Shown: positions 36,101-48,920, counted from the first letter of the stretch. The stretch: DNA of 64,000 nucleotides from Leucoraja erinacea (GCF_028641065.1 NC_073383.1:20336001-20400000); one strand, 5' to 3'. Notes: generated by a model from the letters alone, not told the origin. Program-made: numbers and translations.

Positions 36101-39100
36101 TCAGTTCTGCTTTGCAACTGGAGAAGCCAAAACATAAGAGCCAAGATGATGAAAGATGCCAGTGTGATTACAGAGTGTATTTGTACCAACTGTGATCTCA
36201 TCATGGGAATTTCAGTAATATGAATTATTCCGCATTTGTAAGCAAAGACCATAATTGTGAGTAAATGCATAGCAGTTCATCCAAAAACTACAGATCTTCA
36301 TTGTGCGAGTAGTTTTAAAGGGAAACAATGAATAATATTGAAATGGTGGAAATTGTGTAAATTGGTTTTCAGTGCAAAGTAGAACATTTGATGCTAAATC
36401 TGGAATAATAAAGTGTAAAGTGCGAGGTGATAAGTTTAGTTTAGAGATACAGCATGGAAACAGGCTCTTTGGCCCAACGAGCTGTCGCCGACCAATGATC
36501 CCCCGTGCACCAGTTCTATCCTACACTCTAGGGACAATTGTTTTACAGAAACCAATCAACCTACAAACCTGCACATCTTTGGAGTGTGGGAGGAAACTGG
36601 AGCACCGGGAGAAAACCAACAAGGTCACAAGGAGAACGTACAAACTCTGTACAGACTGCACCTGTAGTCAGGATTGAACCCGGGTCTATGGTACTGTAAG
36701 ACTGCAACTCTACCGCTGCGCCACCGTGCTGTTCAATGTGGCAATTCACTTATCCTATTTCCATTATTGAGCACATTTATAACATAATTGCATCATGGCT
36801 TTGTGCGTGGGAAATCGTGTCTCAAATCTGGTATCTATCGTTTTTTGAAGAGGTTGCCAAGAGGGATTGATAAGGGAAGGGCTGTGGACATTATCTGTGT
36901 GGAATTTAGCAATGCTTTTGACAAGGTCCCGCATGGTAGGTTCATCTGGAAGGTTAGATCACATGAAATCTAAAGTGAGCTAGCCAATTAGTTTCAAAGG
37001 AAGGAGTCAAAGGGCAGTTGTAAATGGTTGTAGTTCGGATTGAAGGCCTCTGACCAGGGGTCTGTTGTTGTTTGTCTGTTGATGGGGTGCAATATAGGAC
37101 GCAGACATCACATGCTGAATCTAAACAATATTGTAGGGAAATTGCATTAATGCAACAACTTTGCAAACCCCTTGAGTTACTCCAGCACTTTGTATTGTTC
37201 TTTTAATACTCAAGCTGCTGGAGAAACTCAACAGGTCAGGCATCATTTGTGAGGGAAATGGACAGGTGACGTTTCAGGTCTGAAGGAGAGTCCTGACCCA
37301 AAACGTTGTCTGTCCATTTCCCTCCACAGGTGCTGCCTGACCCACTGAGTTCCTCTAGCACTTTGTTTATATTTAAGATTGCAGCTTCTTATTACATATT
37401 CTATGTAATATAATACACCATCAGTAGGTGTGGGATGCCATGGGACTGCAATGTGATAAATTAATTATGTGTTTATTCTATTTAGACCTGAATTATACTT
37501 TTAAATTGGTGTAATATATTAAAATGGCTCTCCAGTATTGGAGGGAGATCTCACCTGATCTGAACGAGCTACCATAAAAGAAGTCCGACAGACATCTCCG
37601 CAATTTCCACACTGAAAATCGGTTCATGAATCCACCCAATTGGTCTGTTAATTGTTCCTTCTCAAACCCACCTTTTGATTCGGATGTTACGCACAATTCT
37701 AAATGAAAAAGAAGCAGACGCAGATTTGAACAGTTGGGCAGCATTTTTTAGATTAAATTTAATCCTGCTTTAGGAGTCAAAGTCATACAGCATGGAAACA
37801 AGCTCATTGGCCCAACTCGCCCATGCCGATCAAAAATGTCTGTCTGAGCATGTCCCATTTGCCAGTATTTGGCCCATATCCCTTTAAAACCTTTCTTACT
37901 CGTGTACCTGTCCAAATATATTTTAAAATATAATTATTCCTGTCTTGACCACTTAGTTGGGCAACTTGTTCCATATACCCACAACCTGCTGTGTGAAAAA
38001 TCTTGCCCTTGGGGTACCCTTGAAATCTTTCACTCTCACCTTAAACTTATGCCCCTCAAGTTTTTTACTTCTCTAACCTGTGAAAAAGACTGTGACATCT
38101 ACCTTGTATACCCTCATGATTTTATAAACCTCTGTAAGGTCCTCTCTCAGTCTCCTTCATTCCATGGAAAATAGATCCAGCTTATCTAGTCTCTCCTTGT
38201 AACTCAAGCCCTCCCGTAAGGGCAATATCCTTGAGGGTCTTTTCTGCAGCTCCCTCTCTAGCTGAATCACATTCTTCCTATTGTATCGAAACCAGAACTG
38301 CCAGGGTCGTCTTAATTCTAGTCCCCCGGGCAAAGCAATGCACTGGGGCCGCTATACTTCCAGTTTCTTTATGCCGCATCAAATATGCCGTCATGCACTT
38401 GCGATGTTCTTCTCCGTTTTCATGTTCTACAATTGTTGGAGGAGGAGCCATCTTGGGGAACGGCTGCTAACCAGCAGCCGTCCGTTTAATTCACTTTTTT
38501 TGCAGTTTTAGTGAGTCCTGTGCTTTGCTTGTTGGAGAGTTAGACTTTTTAATGTGGCCTACCAGGGGTGGAGCGCCGTTTTTCTAGCCGCCCCTACCTC
38601 GGCTTCGGTGAGGCACTGGTTTTTTTCTCGGAGGCTGCCCCGTCGACCCGTGCCTGGGTCGCCGCGCTGGATCGACGCGCTGGAGTTCCGGTGAGCTGTG
38701 ACCGCCGAGTTCAACACCTCCGGGCTGCGGGTCTGCGGAGCGGAGCGGGCGGCGCTGACTTCAACATCGGGAGTCTGGGAGCTCCAAACCGGCGCGACCT
38801 TGTCGGCTTTGAAGCCGCGGTCGCCGCGTAAGGAATCGAAGCGCTGGTGGCTCCAGTGTGCAGGAACCGCCTCCGAGGCAATAGCGGAGGCCTCCGGGCC
38901 TGCTTTCTGAGAACTGGGGATGGGGGCTGGACGCCGCCTTCCCCAACATCGGTAACCATTGTGGGGGGATGAGCTGTATCCCCCGGCATGGCCTTGTAAC
39001 CTTAAGGATAATAAGGGGAGCCCCTTTCTCCGGTGAGGAACTTTTTTCACACAGAGTGCCCAGCCATCTGAGGGACTCTCTGCCACAGAGGGTAGGGGCA

Positions 39101-42100
39101 AGGCCACCCGGCCAGAACGGGGAGAACATGTGGCTCTTCCGTCAGAGGGGTATAGCGGAGGCCTCAGGTACGGGATACTGACTTTGGGAGATCAACTGGG
39201 ATCATATTGAATGGGTGCTGGACTCGAAGGGCTGTGGCCTACTCCCCACAGTGGTTTCTATGTGGGGTCTATGTCTTTTTTGTGTAAGTGAATATTTAAG
39301 TTTGTGTCCAAGATGGCTGTCGGAAGGGAGAGTGGACGCTGGCGCAGTTTAGCTGCCGCTGCTCTCTCTTCACATTGTGTTTTTGATTTTTTTTGTCTTT
39401 GGATCGAATTCTGTCTTTAATTTATGTATTGGTGATGTCTTTATTATTTATTTTATTCCGATTATATGGTTCTTTTTACTCTTGTTTCTGCAAGGTGTAC
39501 TTGAGACTTTTGAAAGGCGCCCTCAAATAAAATGTATTATATTATTATTACAATAACATTCTACCAGACATAGATTAGCATTGGGCCCCTGTGCTCGTGG
39601 GGCACCGAGCAACTGCCCAGCCTGCCCATGCATTAAGATGGCCCTGAGAACTGCACATAACACTCCAAGTGCAGCTCGCCAACATCTTGTACAGCTGCAA
39701 ATATAGTTTCACCATAAATAATTTGCACATTATTCCATGTCGCTCCAAATGGCAAATTTATCCACCCACCTGTTGAGAATTTATGTATTTCAAAAGGACA
39801 ACAATTTTGATCATTGATCCTTGAATAATTGTGCTTGAATGATACCTTACAGATACATGTGTCAGCTTGGACAGGCTTATTAATTCCCTTATATTTAAAT
39901 TAAATAAAGATTATTAATTGGTTACATGTTCATTGATAAATTCTGCAATGTTAAAAGTGGCGGCAATAATATTGTTGAAGGTTTACTTACCAAAATGGCC
40001 ATCCAAATGGACATATAGCTCAAAGACACTAAATGCAATTGTTGTGTGTGCCGGGATGACAAGGGCTTTGTCCCAACCCTTATGATTTTGTCCATTATCG
40101 ATCTGAAACTAGAGTGAGCACCATAAACAGAACAAACAGTCAGCTTTAATTGAAAAGCATACATTTTCAAATGCAGAAAGCCTGAAATAAAAACAGAAAA
40201 TCGTAGAAACAGTGAAATCGTAATTCGTAATTGAACTGAGCCAGCCTTTTCTATTTTTCTTTTTAATGTTTCCATTTCACTACAAGTAGGTATGTTGCAA
40301 AACTTACCTTCAACGGCGCTGCAGTTCTGTGGCTGCCCGTGTGAGCGACTTTGGCGCCTTTGAGAGGGGGCGGGTTTAAAACGCGATTTTCTCTAGGCTG
40401 TTGAAATCGATGTTGTTCAGCCTACTTAGTTGCTGACGGAAAATCGCTGCCAAATTTGTTCGCTGCAGGTATTTTTAAACTAAATTGGATTATTTAATTG
40501 TTAGAGTAGATTAAAAATCATTCTCTAAAGCCGCGAACCCCGACAACGGGACGGATCTCATGTAGGGGACAACGCAAGGTAGGTTGTTTATTTTTACATT
40601 AAAAAGGGCTTCTTAAGATCCCTTTATACAAAATTTTATGTTGCGAGTAGCTGACTTGGGGGCCCATTCAATCCCGCACTGTTTTTCATGCCATATGGGC
40701 TTCTAATTCACCGCAATGGCAGCGTTCCAAACCAGCGCGTCCCACTTGCAAGCTGATTTAAATGGCCATTAATTTACAGCAATTGAACACTAAATCCCTT
40801 CCATTTGGCCTATAAATTAAAATCATGTTTTATTGTGAATTCTTGTGTGAATGTTCTTTGGACACTTAGGCTATTTAAAAATGTTAATCTTTCCTTAAGA
40901 AATGGATAGATGTTTAGATCTAGTAATTGAATTTTGGAATTAGCTTCAATTGGGTAACCAGGTCATCCAAGTAAGATTGTTTAATATTTGTTTCAGAATG
41001 CTTCTATCTATAATAACTGAAAATGTATTTCAGTTCCCTTAATTTTTAATAAAGTTATGGCCATTTCACTGTCCTTCATCACAGCTTTTGTGTTGTCAAT
41101 GGAAAATCAATAGGGAGCAAGATGCTAATTTCCGAGAATGAAAATGGCCATACTTTTTTTAATACTGAAGATATGAAAGTGAATTAGATGTCAAATTAAA
41201 CTTCTTTTTATGCTTTATCTGATGGGATAAATTGCAGACTTGATTTTTTAAATCTCAAAATTTTGTATCATTGCTACTACAAGTAAGAATTTCATTGTTC
41301 CATTCCGCATAATAAAACGCTCTTGACTTTCAGAACAAAATTAAATTCCATCTTACAAAATTGCAAAGTTACAATTTAGACTTAATAATGTTTAAATCTG
41401 ATGTCTGACACTGAATGTGTCATCGGAGTGGGAGATTGCAACCTTCACGTGGTCCGCCCTGTTTCGACGAATGCAATCAACCTGGTGTGCACAATCGAAT
41501 AAGATCAAATAGAACAAGTTGTCCTACAACATTAGGCTTGCACGCAATACACAAGAAGAAGAAGCGTGTCGTCACTTGAGGTGGTTCAGTTTATCTTAAA
41601 TAAGTAATAACGAGATTGGAGGGATGGGCTTTGGTGTCACTTCCAATCTTGGACTTCTCTAATTATCCCAACACTCCCTAATCTCTTCATGAAGCTCCCT
41701 CCCAGCTACAATCCTCTCTCTATCAGCACATTAAAATAACTCCTGAAGGACATCCACCCTATCTATGTTATCATTCAAGCACAAATATGGTTGCCATCTT
41801 ACTATAAGCTTTAAAATACTAATACAATGATTTGTGTAGGAAATAACTGCAGATGCTGGTTTAAATCGAAGATAGACACAAAATGCTGGAGTATCTCAAA
41901 ACTCAATGCTGAAAGTCTAAAGAAGGGTCTCGACCCGAAACGTCTCGACCCGAAACGTCACCCATTCCTTCTCTCCACTGCCTGTCTCGCTGAGTTACTC
42001 CAGCATTTTGTGTCTATCTTCAATACAATAATTTGTGTTTGTTGAATGGGTTGTTGTTTCATCGTTGCCTGTGGATATGTGTAAACAAAGAAAATGTTAT

Positions 42101-45100
42101 GAGATTGGCCTACCACTTAAATTCCTGGCAAGTTTCCTTTCCATCAAAGTCAGCTCAACTGTTTTTGTCCCTAAGCATGGTAAAACACCCAACATGGAAC
42201 ATATTTTGAACTGTAACTGTTAATGTTATACAAACTTTATAGCAATCAAGCAACTGAATAAGGGCACAAAGTGCTGGGGTAACTCAGCAGGTCAGGAAGC
42301 ATCTCTGGAGAACATGGATAGCCAACCTTTTCTGTCAAAACCCCTCTTCAGACCCATATGCTCCAGAGATACTACCTGACTTGCTGAGTTACTCCAGCAC
42401 TTCATATCCTTTTATGTATTAACCAGCATCTGCACTTCTTTGTTTCAACTAAGCAACTGAATAATCCATGTGTAAAATACTGTAGTGGGGAATATTATAG
42501 AACAAAAATGTAAAGGTGGGACCAATGGGAGAAAACGTGAGTGATGGTGAAGGAAGGAGAGCAGTAGAATATCTAACATTTTGTGATTCTCTCAAATAAA
42601 TAGAGCTAGTTGACCCCAAAGTGTCGTGATGATGATGATATTTTATTGTCACTTGTACTTGGGTAGAGTGAAATTCTTTTTTTTGCAAACAAAATACACA
42701 AAGGCACTGACAAAGTTACAATAAGTAACTAAGTAGAATAATTAAACTTTGTAAATTACTTTGTAATTAAAGCACTTTAATCAAACCTTATTGAACTTTA
42801 TCTTGTACTACACATTATTCCCTTTATCCTTTATCCTGTATCTGTACTCTGTGGATGGATTGATTATAATCATGTACTAGACCAAGTGGGACCCGATGGG
42901 TCCCCGTCACACGGGAGGTCTGGTCCCCCAACGCAACCCGTTCCCCCAACGCAATATTGCACCACTCACCCATTCCCACAACACAACCCGTTCCCCCAAT
43001 GCAATATTCCACCACTCACCCATAGCTCCTCATCCTTTCTCTTTTTAAACCTTTAAAAAAATGCAAGCACTTGTTGCCATGACTTAAAATAAAATCCATT
43101 TCCACTTCCCCTGTCTCCCCCTCCTGTTCAGCCTCACTCTGCCAGGACTCAGTGTTCTATGATTGCAACATTGTTGCAAATGAGATCCCATTGTGACATC
43201 ATAGCTGTAACTGCCAGCAACTGCCAGAGCAGTTGAAGTTATTGGTCTTAAAGTGGTGTTTTGTAAAGCTAAAAATGTTAATAACTTGTAAAATATAACA
43301 CCAATCTGAATGAAACGTGTTGAAAACACACCACAAGACAATTGTGAGTAACGTGATACAAAAATGTTAGCGCTATCGGGTATCGTTTTGGCGTAATTTC
43401 AGGATCACACGTCCGCACATAGAAACAAACAAGATGAGAGTTTTAGTAATATACTAGACCAAGTGCAGACCCGTCCCCCAACGCACCCATTCCCTACCCA
43501 GAGCCCTCACGAGAGGCGGGGTCCTCCAACTCAAGCAGTTCCCGAACGTATGATTCCAGCCGTCCGCTTGCCTCCCTCAGTAGTGCTCTTTAAAACAAAA
43601 ATTCCAATTGCACTTGTCCTGCATGTTGCAATAGCAATTCGCCCGATGTTCCAGGCCGTTCTCGCCGGGTGATGGTGCTTCGGCGTCGGGAGAATCCTCT
43701 CAGCGGCTTGGGACACCTGGAACGGCCGCCTCCTTACTCGAGACCGCGGCTTCTGAAGCCAACAAGGCCGCGCCGCATGGAGCTCCACTACTGGCGATCT
43801 CGTCGCGAGATCTCAGGCTCCCGATGAAAAGTTCTGCGCCGCCGCCCGCAGGCTGGCCGCTCCGCAGATATTTTTACTCGGCGGACGTTTCAGCTTACCG
43901 GAGCTCCAGCTTACCGGAGCTCCGGGCAAGTCATCGCCCGCTCCTCAATAGCGCTCCAGCGCTGTGCCGCCGCTGAAGCCGAGGTTCTGGGTGGTCCCCT
44001 CAGGAAACGCCGCTCCAGGCCCGCTGGTAGGCCGCGAGGACGGGTCGACGGTGCAGCCCGGAGAAAAGCTGCCTCTCCGACCATGTAGGGACCCTGAAAG
44101 GTAGTTTCCCCCTTCCCCCCCACCCCCCACATAAAAAAGGCTAGAACTCCATAACAAAAACACTTTAACTAACTAAAAATTTAAAAAAGAGATGAAAAGA
44201 CGGACAGCTGCAGGCTGGGCATCCACACCATAAAGTACGGCGCCCCCTATCTTGCCAAAATCTTGTGAAAGTTGGCATTTTTAAAGCTTTAATTGCAAAT
44301 AACGTGTCAAATATTGGATGAAATCTTCACTGAGGAAGATCACTGTTAGCAGAGCCATTGTGACATCATCAGTTGAAGCTGGTGGTTTTAATTTCAAAGT
44401 CTTTTGACTTTTTTACACTTTTAATCAGTAATGTCGACAATAAGTTGAGAAATAAAGCATAAAATGTTCAGATAAGGTAGTCCCGGCCTCGACGGGAAAT
44501 ATGTCAATCGGAATATATAAAAATGTAATCGTTACCACGTAGTGTTTTTGCGAAGATGTAAAAACACCACATACACACATACAAGATCAGACTTTTAATA
44601 AGTATATGATATAGATAGTCTTTCCGCTGACTGGCCAGCATGAAACAAAAAGCTTTTCACCTGGGTACACGTTACAATAAACAAAACATATTTGAGACAT
44701 CACTCAAGCACAATATGAACAGTAACCATGCTACTAACTATGATGGAGCAGATAGTGGGACCTACCCTCATTGTTTTTCCCCTCATGCCGGCATGCACAG
44801 TGAGTGAGCATTGCCGGGTGGTGCGGATGCTCTCCATGACAACACAAAGTACAGCACGTTGCCTTTCTTTCAGCTGGCGAACAAGGCAATGCTCCACGTC
44901 AATTTTTCTGAGGCAAATTCAACACGTTAGTTTTTTTTAAAATGACGAAACCAGAGATCCAAATCGTTCATTTTTTCTATTGAGGTTAAGTTGTTCAGAT
45001 GATCATATCTGTAGTGTCTTTGAAAGATATGATTATTGAGTCAACATAGTTAAGCTCAAATGAATGGTCACGATTAAAACTCTTGAAGACTTAATGTTTG

Positions 45101-47654
45101 GATCATTTGAATTTGCTGTTTTTAATAATATTACTAGACCAAGTGGGGCCCAACAGAATATTCTACCACTCACCCGTTCCACCAACGCAACCCGGTTCCC
45201 CCATCGCAATATTCCACCACTCACCCATGGCTCCCAACTGCGCAGGCGCAGCTCATTTCACCTCATCCCCCACCCCATCCCCTCCTCTTCAACCTCCCTC
45301 TTCTTTCCCCTCCCCCACTCCCTCTCTCACCTCTCCCTCCCTCTCCTTTCCCCTACCCTCAGTCAGTCCCTCCCTTCCTCCATAACCCCTCTCCCCTCCC
45401 TACCCCCCTTGACGTCATTGTGAGGTGGAAGCTGCTGGGTTTTTTTTTAACTGAGTTTTTATGTAAATGAGATCCCATTGTGATGTCATTGTGTGGTGGA
45501 ACACTGCTGATGGGCAGTCTTTTTTTTAAACTGATTTTTTAAAATGAAAATGAGATCCCATCTCATGGGACCCTCTCGCTCCCCCATCTTGCAGAGACTG
45601 ACCTGGGCACTCAACACGTCCGGGTTTTATAGTCCCTCCGGAAAGGGCGTGGCCTTCAGGAGAGAGAATCTAAACTTTTTTAAACACTAATAAGTCTTTT
45701 ATTTTTCATCGATGGGAAAAATCTTCTTGTCCTGCTCAGCAGAGGGGGACTGAGTAAGATGGCCAAAAATCACAGCCGTAAATGGCAGCGAAAGTTTTTC
45801 TAAAATCAATATGCAGAACAACAGGAAGTGGTCAAGATCAGACTTTTAGTAATATAGATATAGAATATAGATATTAATTAGGTTTGGCATCAAGGAGAAA
45901 GTTCCATTCACTTTTTAGTATCAATGCAAATGTAATGTTTACGATGCACTAATTCTTCTTTGTTAATGTATCCATTCAATAATTATTTTATGGTGCTTTA
46001 ATAATGTTAAAAGTACCTTAAAAATATCACCATTAAATTAGATTGGAAAATGGCCAAAATACCTGTTGATGATCTCCCGGAGCAGTATTGGCACCTCAAC
46101 CTCGTGTTTTGTTACTATTCCAAATGAAGCTTTAATTGCCACTGAATATGATCCATTAATATTGAATCCAACGTCATTAATAACGTGATTGCCTAATTTC
46201 CCTCTGAGCGAAACATCTGACTTATCTTCATAATTGAGCAGCTGATATGAAGAGACACCTATTAAATAACAAACAGATGTTTAACTATCTTTGTTTTCTT
46301 TTTTGTGTGTTTTGAACATATTGTACATTTTTATCAGGATGTTTTAGATATGTTGCAATTTATTGATGCAACTTTGGTTGGGAAACCCTGCACAAGATCA
46401 CTGATTATTGCAATAAAATTAATCTCTAATTGTGATTATTATAAAAAGATAGAACTGAAGGAATAATAAACTGCAATTTTGTAACCATATATTAAACTCG
46501 AGTGACATGCAACTTGTAAAATGTCCTGCTGAGTTCTGATTTGAAATGTCATCTATCCATGTTCTCCAGAGATGCTGCCTGACCTGCTGATTTACTCCAG
46601 CACTTTGTGTCTATCTTCGGTATAAACCAACATCTGCAAAGGTGAGCAGATGGATTTCAGCAGCAGATGAACAGGGTAAGGCAGAGTCATGTGATGTAAT
46701 GGAGATCGTGGTCTTGGGAATGACACAGTTAAGTGACCCACAGCTTGTCTCGAGTCAAATAAGATGCAACAGTTACTGGTCCACATTTGGGTATTCTATG
46801 GAGATGGATGGAGAAGATGAATTTGTTATGGAGATTAAAGCCAGTGGTCTTTCCAGTATCTGTTGTTGGTCTTTCCAGTATCTGCTTGAGTTCAATTTCC
46901 ACACATCCAACATCGTATCTGGGGGAATACACAACTTCAAAAATGGTGGTGGGGCTAAAGAGATGGTGCTGTGGGAGAACTGAATATCATCAGTGTTCTT
47001 TCGAAAACTTGGACTCCTTTCAAATGAATAGGCTTCCAAATAAATTGACATTTACTAAATGGGAAGGAGGATTGCCAAATGACTTTCATGGATATTTTGT
47101 GTCTTTTATATTTGACCTTGTGTATTGAATCATGATTGGTAATAGGATGCTAAGGGAGGTTAAGCAGTTTAATCATTTCTTTGTAATAACACAGTTTCTT
47201 ACAGCAAACAGCAGAATTTAGACAGAAGGAAAATAATACACAGAGTGCATGAGTAACTCAGCAGATCATGCAATATCCCTGGAAAACATAGATAGGTGGC
47301 GTTTCAGGATGGGGACCGTTCTTCTGAAGAAGTTACCTATCCATGTTCTCCAGAGATGCTGCGTGACCCACTGAGTTACTAGTGTCTTTTATTTTTGTAA
47401 ACCTGCATCTGCAGGTCCTTGTTTCTATAAAATAAATACATACCAGCTGACACCTCCTTTTCCCCGACAAGAATGTCCTTCAGCGTGAATGGCGTGGAGT
47501 GGTATTTCTTCTTTTTCCATGGAAAGGATTTTGTCCGTTTTGTGACAAGACTGAGTGGCTGATATCTGTCGGCCTCGCTCAGATCAGGAACAGGTTTCAG
47601 TCTGCCTGTATCCCCAATCTGTTTCACAAAATTCTTAGTGGCTGCAGTAAACAT
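32817..47654 (-). CDS. PJVK: Pejvakin (DFNB59, gasdermin family), 370 aa; exons 47654-47444, 46258-46063, 44907-44766, 40108-39991, 37698-37555, 33118-32817
   Basis: [19 protein letters not shown]...[16 protein letters not shown]...[17 protein letters not shown]...[14 protein letters not shown]...[12 protein letters not shown]...[14 protein letters not shown]...[15 protein letters not shown]; 1113-nt open spliced frame, all GT-AG; lies between FKBP7 and PRKRA. Confidence 0.96.
33310..35125 (+). mobile_element. CR1-clade LINE fragment (RT to 3' tail)
   Basis: [56 protein letters not shown]; tail GGCCGAATGGCCTACTCCTGCACCT(ATTGTCT)n; stops and deletions. Confidence 0.9.
34240..34440 (-). mobile_element. 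Second short retroposon family with a decayed HDV-like ribozyme and (GAA)n tail, nested in a CR1 fragment
   Basis: GGCTC A TGTTGTCA ACC TCCCCGT GGT GAGCCCT GT CAA CTGAC-CTCA-GTCAG G TGAA CGACAACA; tail CGCAAGAAGAAG. Confidence 0.7.
36433..36730 (-). mobile_element. tRNA-derived SINE
   Basis: Reverse strand GCACGGTGGCGCAGCGGTAGAG ... GGTTCAATCC ... (CTAAA)n. Confidence 0.8.
37555..37698 (-). CDS. PJVK: PJVK coding exon 5 (144 nt)
   Basis: TTTAG|, [17 protein letters not shown]...GSSFRS, donor CAG|GTGAGA. Confidence 0.88.
38302..39646. mobile_element. Non-autonomous hAT element with a nested GC-rich retroelement
   Basis: TIRs CAGGGTCGTCTTAA / TTAAGATGGCCCTG; perfect 8-bp TSD AGAACTGC 38294-38301 / 39647-39654. 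Confidence 0.85.
39991..40108 (-). CDS. PJVK: PJVK coding exon 4 (118 nt)
   Basis: CTCTAG|, [39 protein letters not shown], donor G|GTAAGT. Confidence 0.93.
40289..41275. mobile_element. Non-autonomous DNA transposon, superfamily unresolved
   Basis: Flanked by direct repeat ACTACAAGTA (40279-40288, 41276-41285); imperfect inverted ends GGTATGTTGCAAAA / TTTTGTATCATTGC. Confidence 0.7.
41425..41478 (+). ncRNA. Minimal HDV-like ribozyme fold (54 nt, one P1 mismatch)
   Basis: P1 GGAGTGG/CCGCCCT, P2 GATTGCA/TGCAATC, P3 ACC/GGT, L3 TTCACGT, mini-P4 T-TTCG-A, J4/2 CGAA. Confidence 0.8.
41425..41565 (+). mobile_element. Short retroposon with a 5' minimal HDV-like ribozyme and (GAA)n tail
   Basis: TSD GTGTCATC / GTGTCGTC; ribozyme fold 41425-41478; tail AAGAAGAAGAAG; second copy at 52635-52769. 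Confidence 0.85.
42877..44615 (-). mobile_element. Tandem non-autonomous Helitrons inserted at an A|T site without TSD
   Basis: CTAG termini at 42877 (with hairpin) and 43454; TC terminus 44615; flanks rejoin as CATGTA|TAGTCTTT, matching the uninterrupted repeat at about 3862-3880. Confidence 0.85.
44766..44907 (-). CDS. PJVK: PJVK coding exon 3 (142 nt)
   Basis: CTCAG|, [11 protein letters not shown]...GKTMR, donor AGG|GTAGGT. Confidence 0.95.
45134..45858 (-). mobile_element. Non-autonomous Helitron
   Basis: Same termini (ACTAGACCAAGTGGG... and CAAGATCAGACTTTTAGTAATATAGAT); its 5' part is homologous to 15350-15636. Confidence 0.8.
46063..46258 (-). CDS. PJVK: PJVK coding exon 2 (196 nt)
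   Basis: AATAG|, [13 protein letters not shown]...LLREIIN, donor AG|GTATTT. Confidence 0.95.
47444..47654 (-). CDS. PJVK: PJVK first coding exon (211 nt)
   Basis: ATG 47654, donor G|GTATGT. Confidence 0.95.
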
Positions 47655-48269
47655 TCTTATCAGCCGGAAGCCTTATCTGCCTTGATGAGGTTGCATCTTG
47701 CCCGGAATTAGAATGTGGAAATCAAAACCTAACTATTGCAAGGAGTCAAATGAATTAATGAAGTCGCAGCAGCTCTGAAATTGTTGTCGGCCATTTCCAT
47801 TCTGACGACTGCACACTTTTTTGTACTTGAGCTCTAACTTATAAATAATAAGCAGGTAGGGTAACCTGATAAGGATGTTTGTGACAATAGAGTTACAGTT
47901 ACAAGTTCGTTCTAATTATCAAGTGACGAGTTCAACGAAATTAGCAAGCCGATAGACTTTTTAATTGCATGTAATAATAGCGTGCAAATGATAATTGCTA
48001 AAACTTTGTGGTGCTTTAATGCCACAAAGAATAGTGGTTCATGATTTGAAAGTGTGTGTGTAAATACCGGAAAAGATATTTTTGGCAGGATTTCTGTTTT
48101 AAAGCTACAATATTATAGTAATTAGTTTGGATTTAATAATGATTGATGTTAGTGACTTTAAGGATTTAATTCAAAGTTTAGATAAGCTTTAGATTTTGGA
48201 ACTGACCAAGATGAAGCTGAGATGACATGGGATTCAGAGTGAGAAAGCCAACTGGATAAAAAAGTTGGC

Positions 48270-48920
48270 TTGGAGAAAGAAGTCAGAGGATGGCAGGGGA
48301 GGGGTGCTTTCTAATTGAAGACCTGTGACCAATGGCGAGCTGCAGGAATCTGTGCTATTTGCCATATATTGTAATAATATGGATGAGAATGTAGGTGGCA
48401 TAATTGGTAAGTTTGTGAATGAATCAACACTGGTGGTGTAGTGGACAGTGAAGATGGTTGTCTATGGTTACAAGATCATCTGGGAAGTCATAGTCATACA
48501 GCGTGGAAACATATCCTTTGGCTCAACTTGCCCACGCTGACCAACATGTCCCATCTATACTGGTGAGCAAAGAAATGGCAGATGGAATTTAACTATGAAC
48601 AGTGAATGCCAGCGCCCCACAGAAAGTTGTACTACAGACCTAGGGGTACAAGTACATAGTACTCTGAAAGTGGTATACAGGTATAGAAGGTGGTGAATAA
48701 GATGCGAGACATGCTTGCCTTCATCGGTCGAGGCATTGAGTCCAAGAGAGTTGGCACATCAGGAAAAGTATTGATGTACCAGCTGTACAAGACGTTGGTG
48801 AGAATGCACCTGGAATCTTGTGTGCTGTTCTGATGACCTACTATCGGAAGGATGTGATTAAGCTATAGAGGGTGCAGAAAAGATTTTCAAGGATGTTGTT
48901 GGGACTAGAGGCTTGAGTTA
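48270..48920 (+). mobile_element. Old CR1 fragment
   Basis: Degenerate RT remnants (AATGGCAGATGGAATTTAA, CTGTACAAGACGTTGGTGAG, AGAGGGTGCAGAAAAGATT). Confidence 0.6.

Noticed and set aside
38559-39181. Overlapping ORFs and a CpG island suggesting a nested gene promoter
   Set aside because: The region lies inside a TSD-flanked transposon and has a second copy at about 43660-44250.
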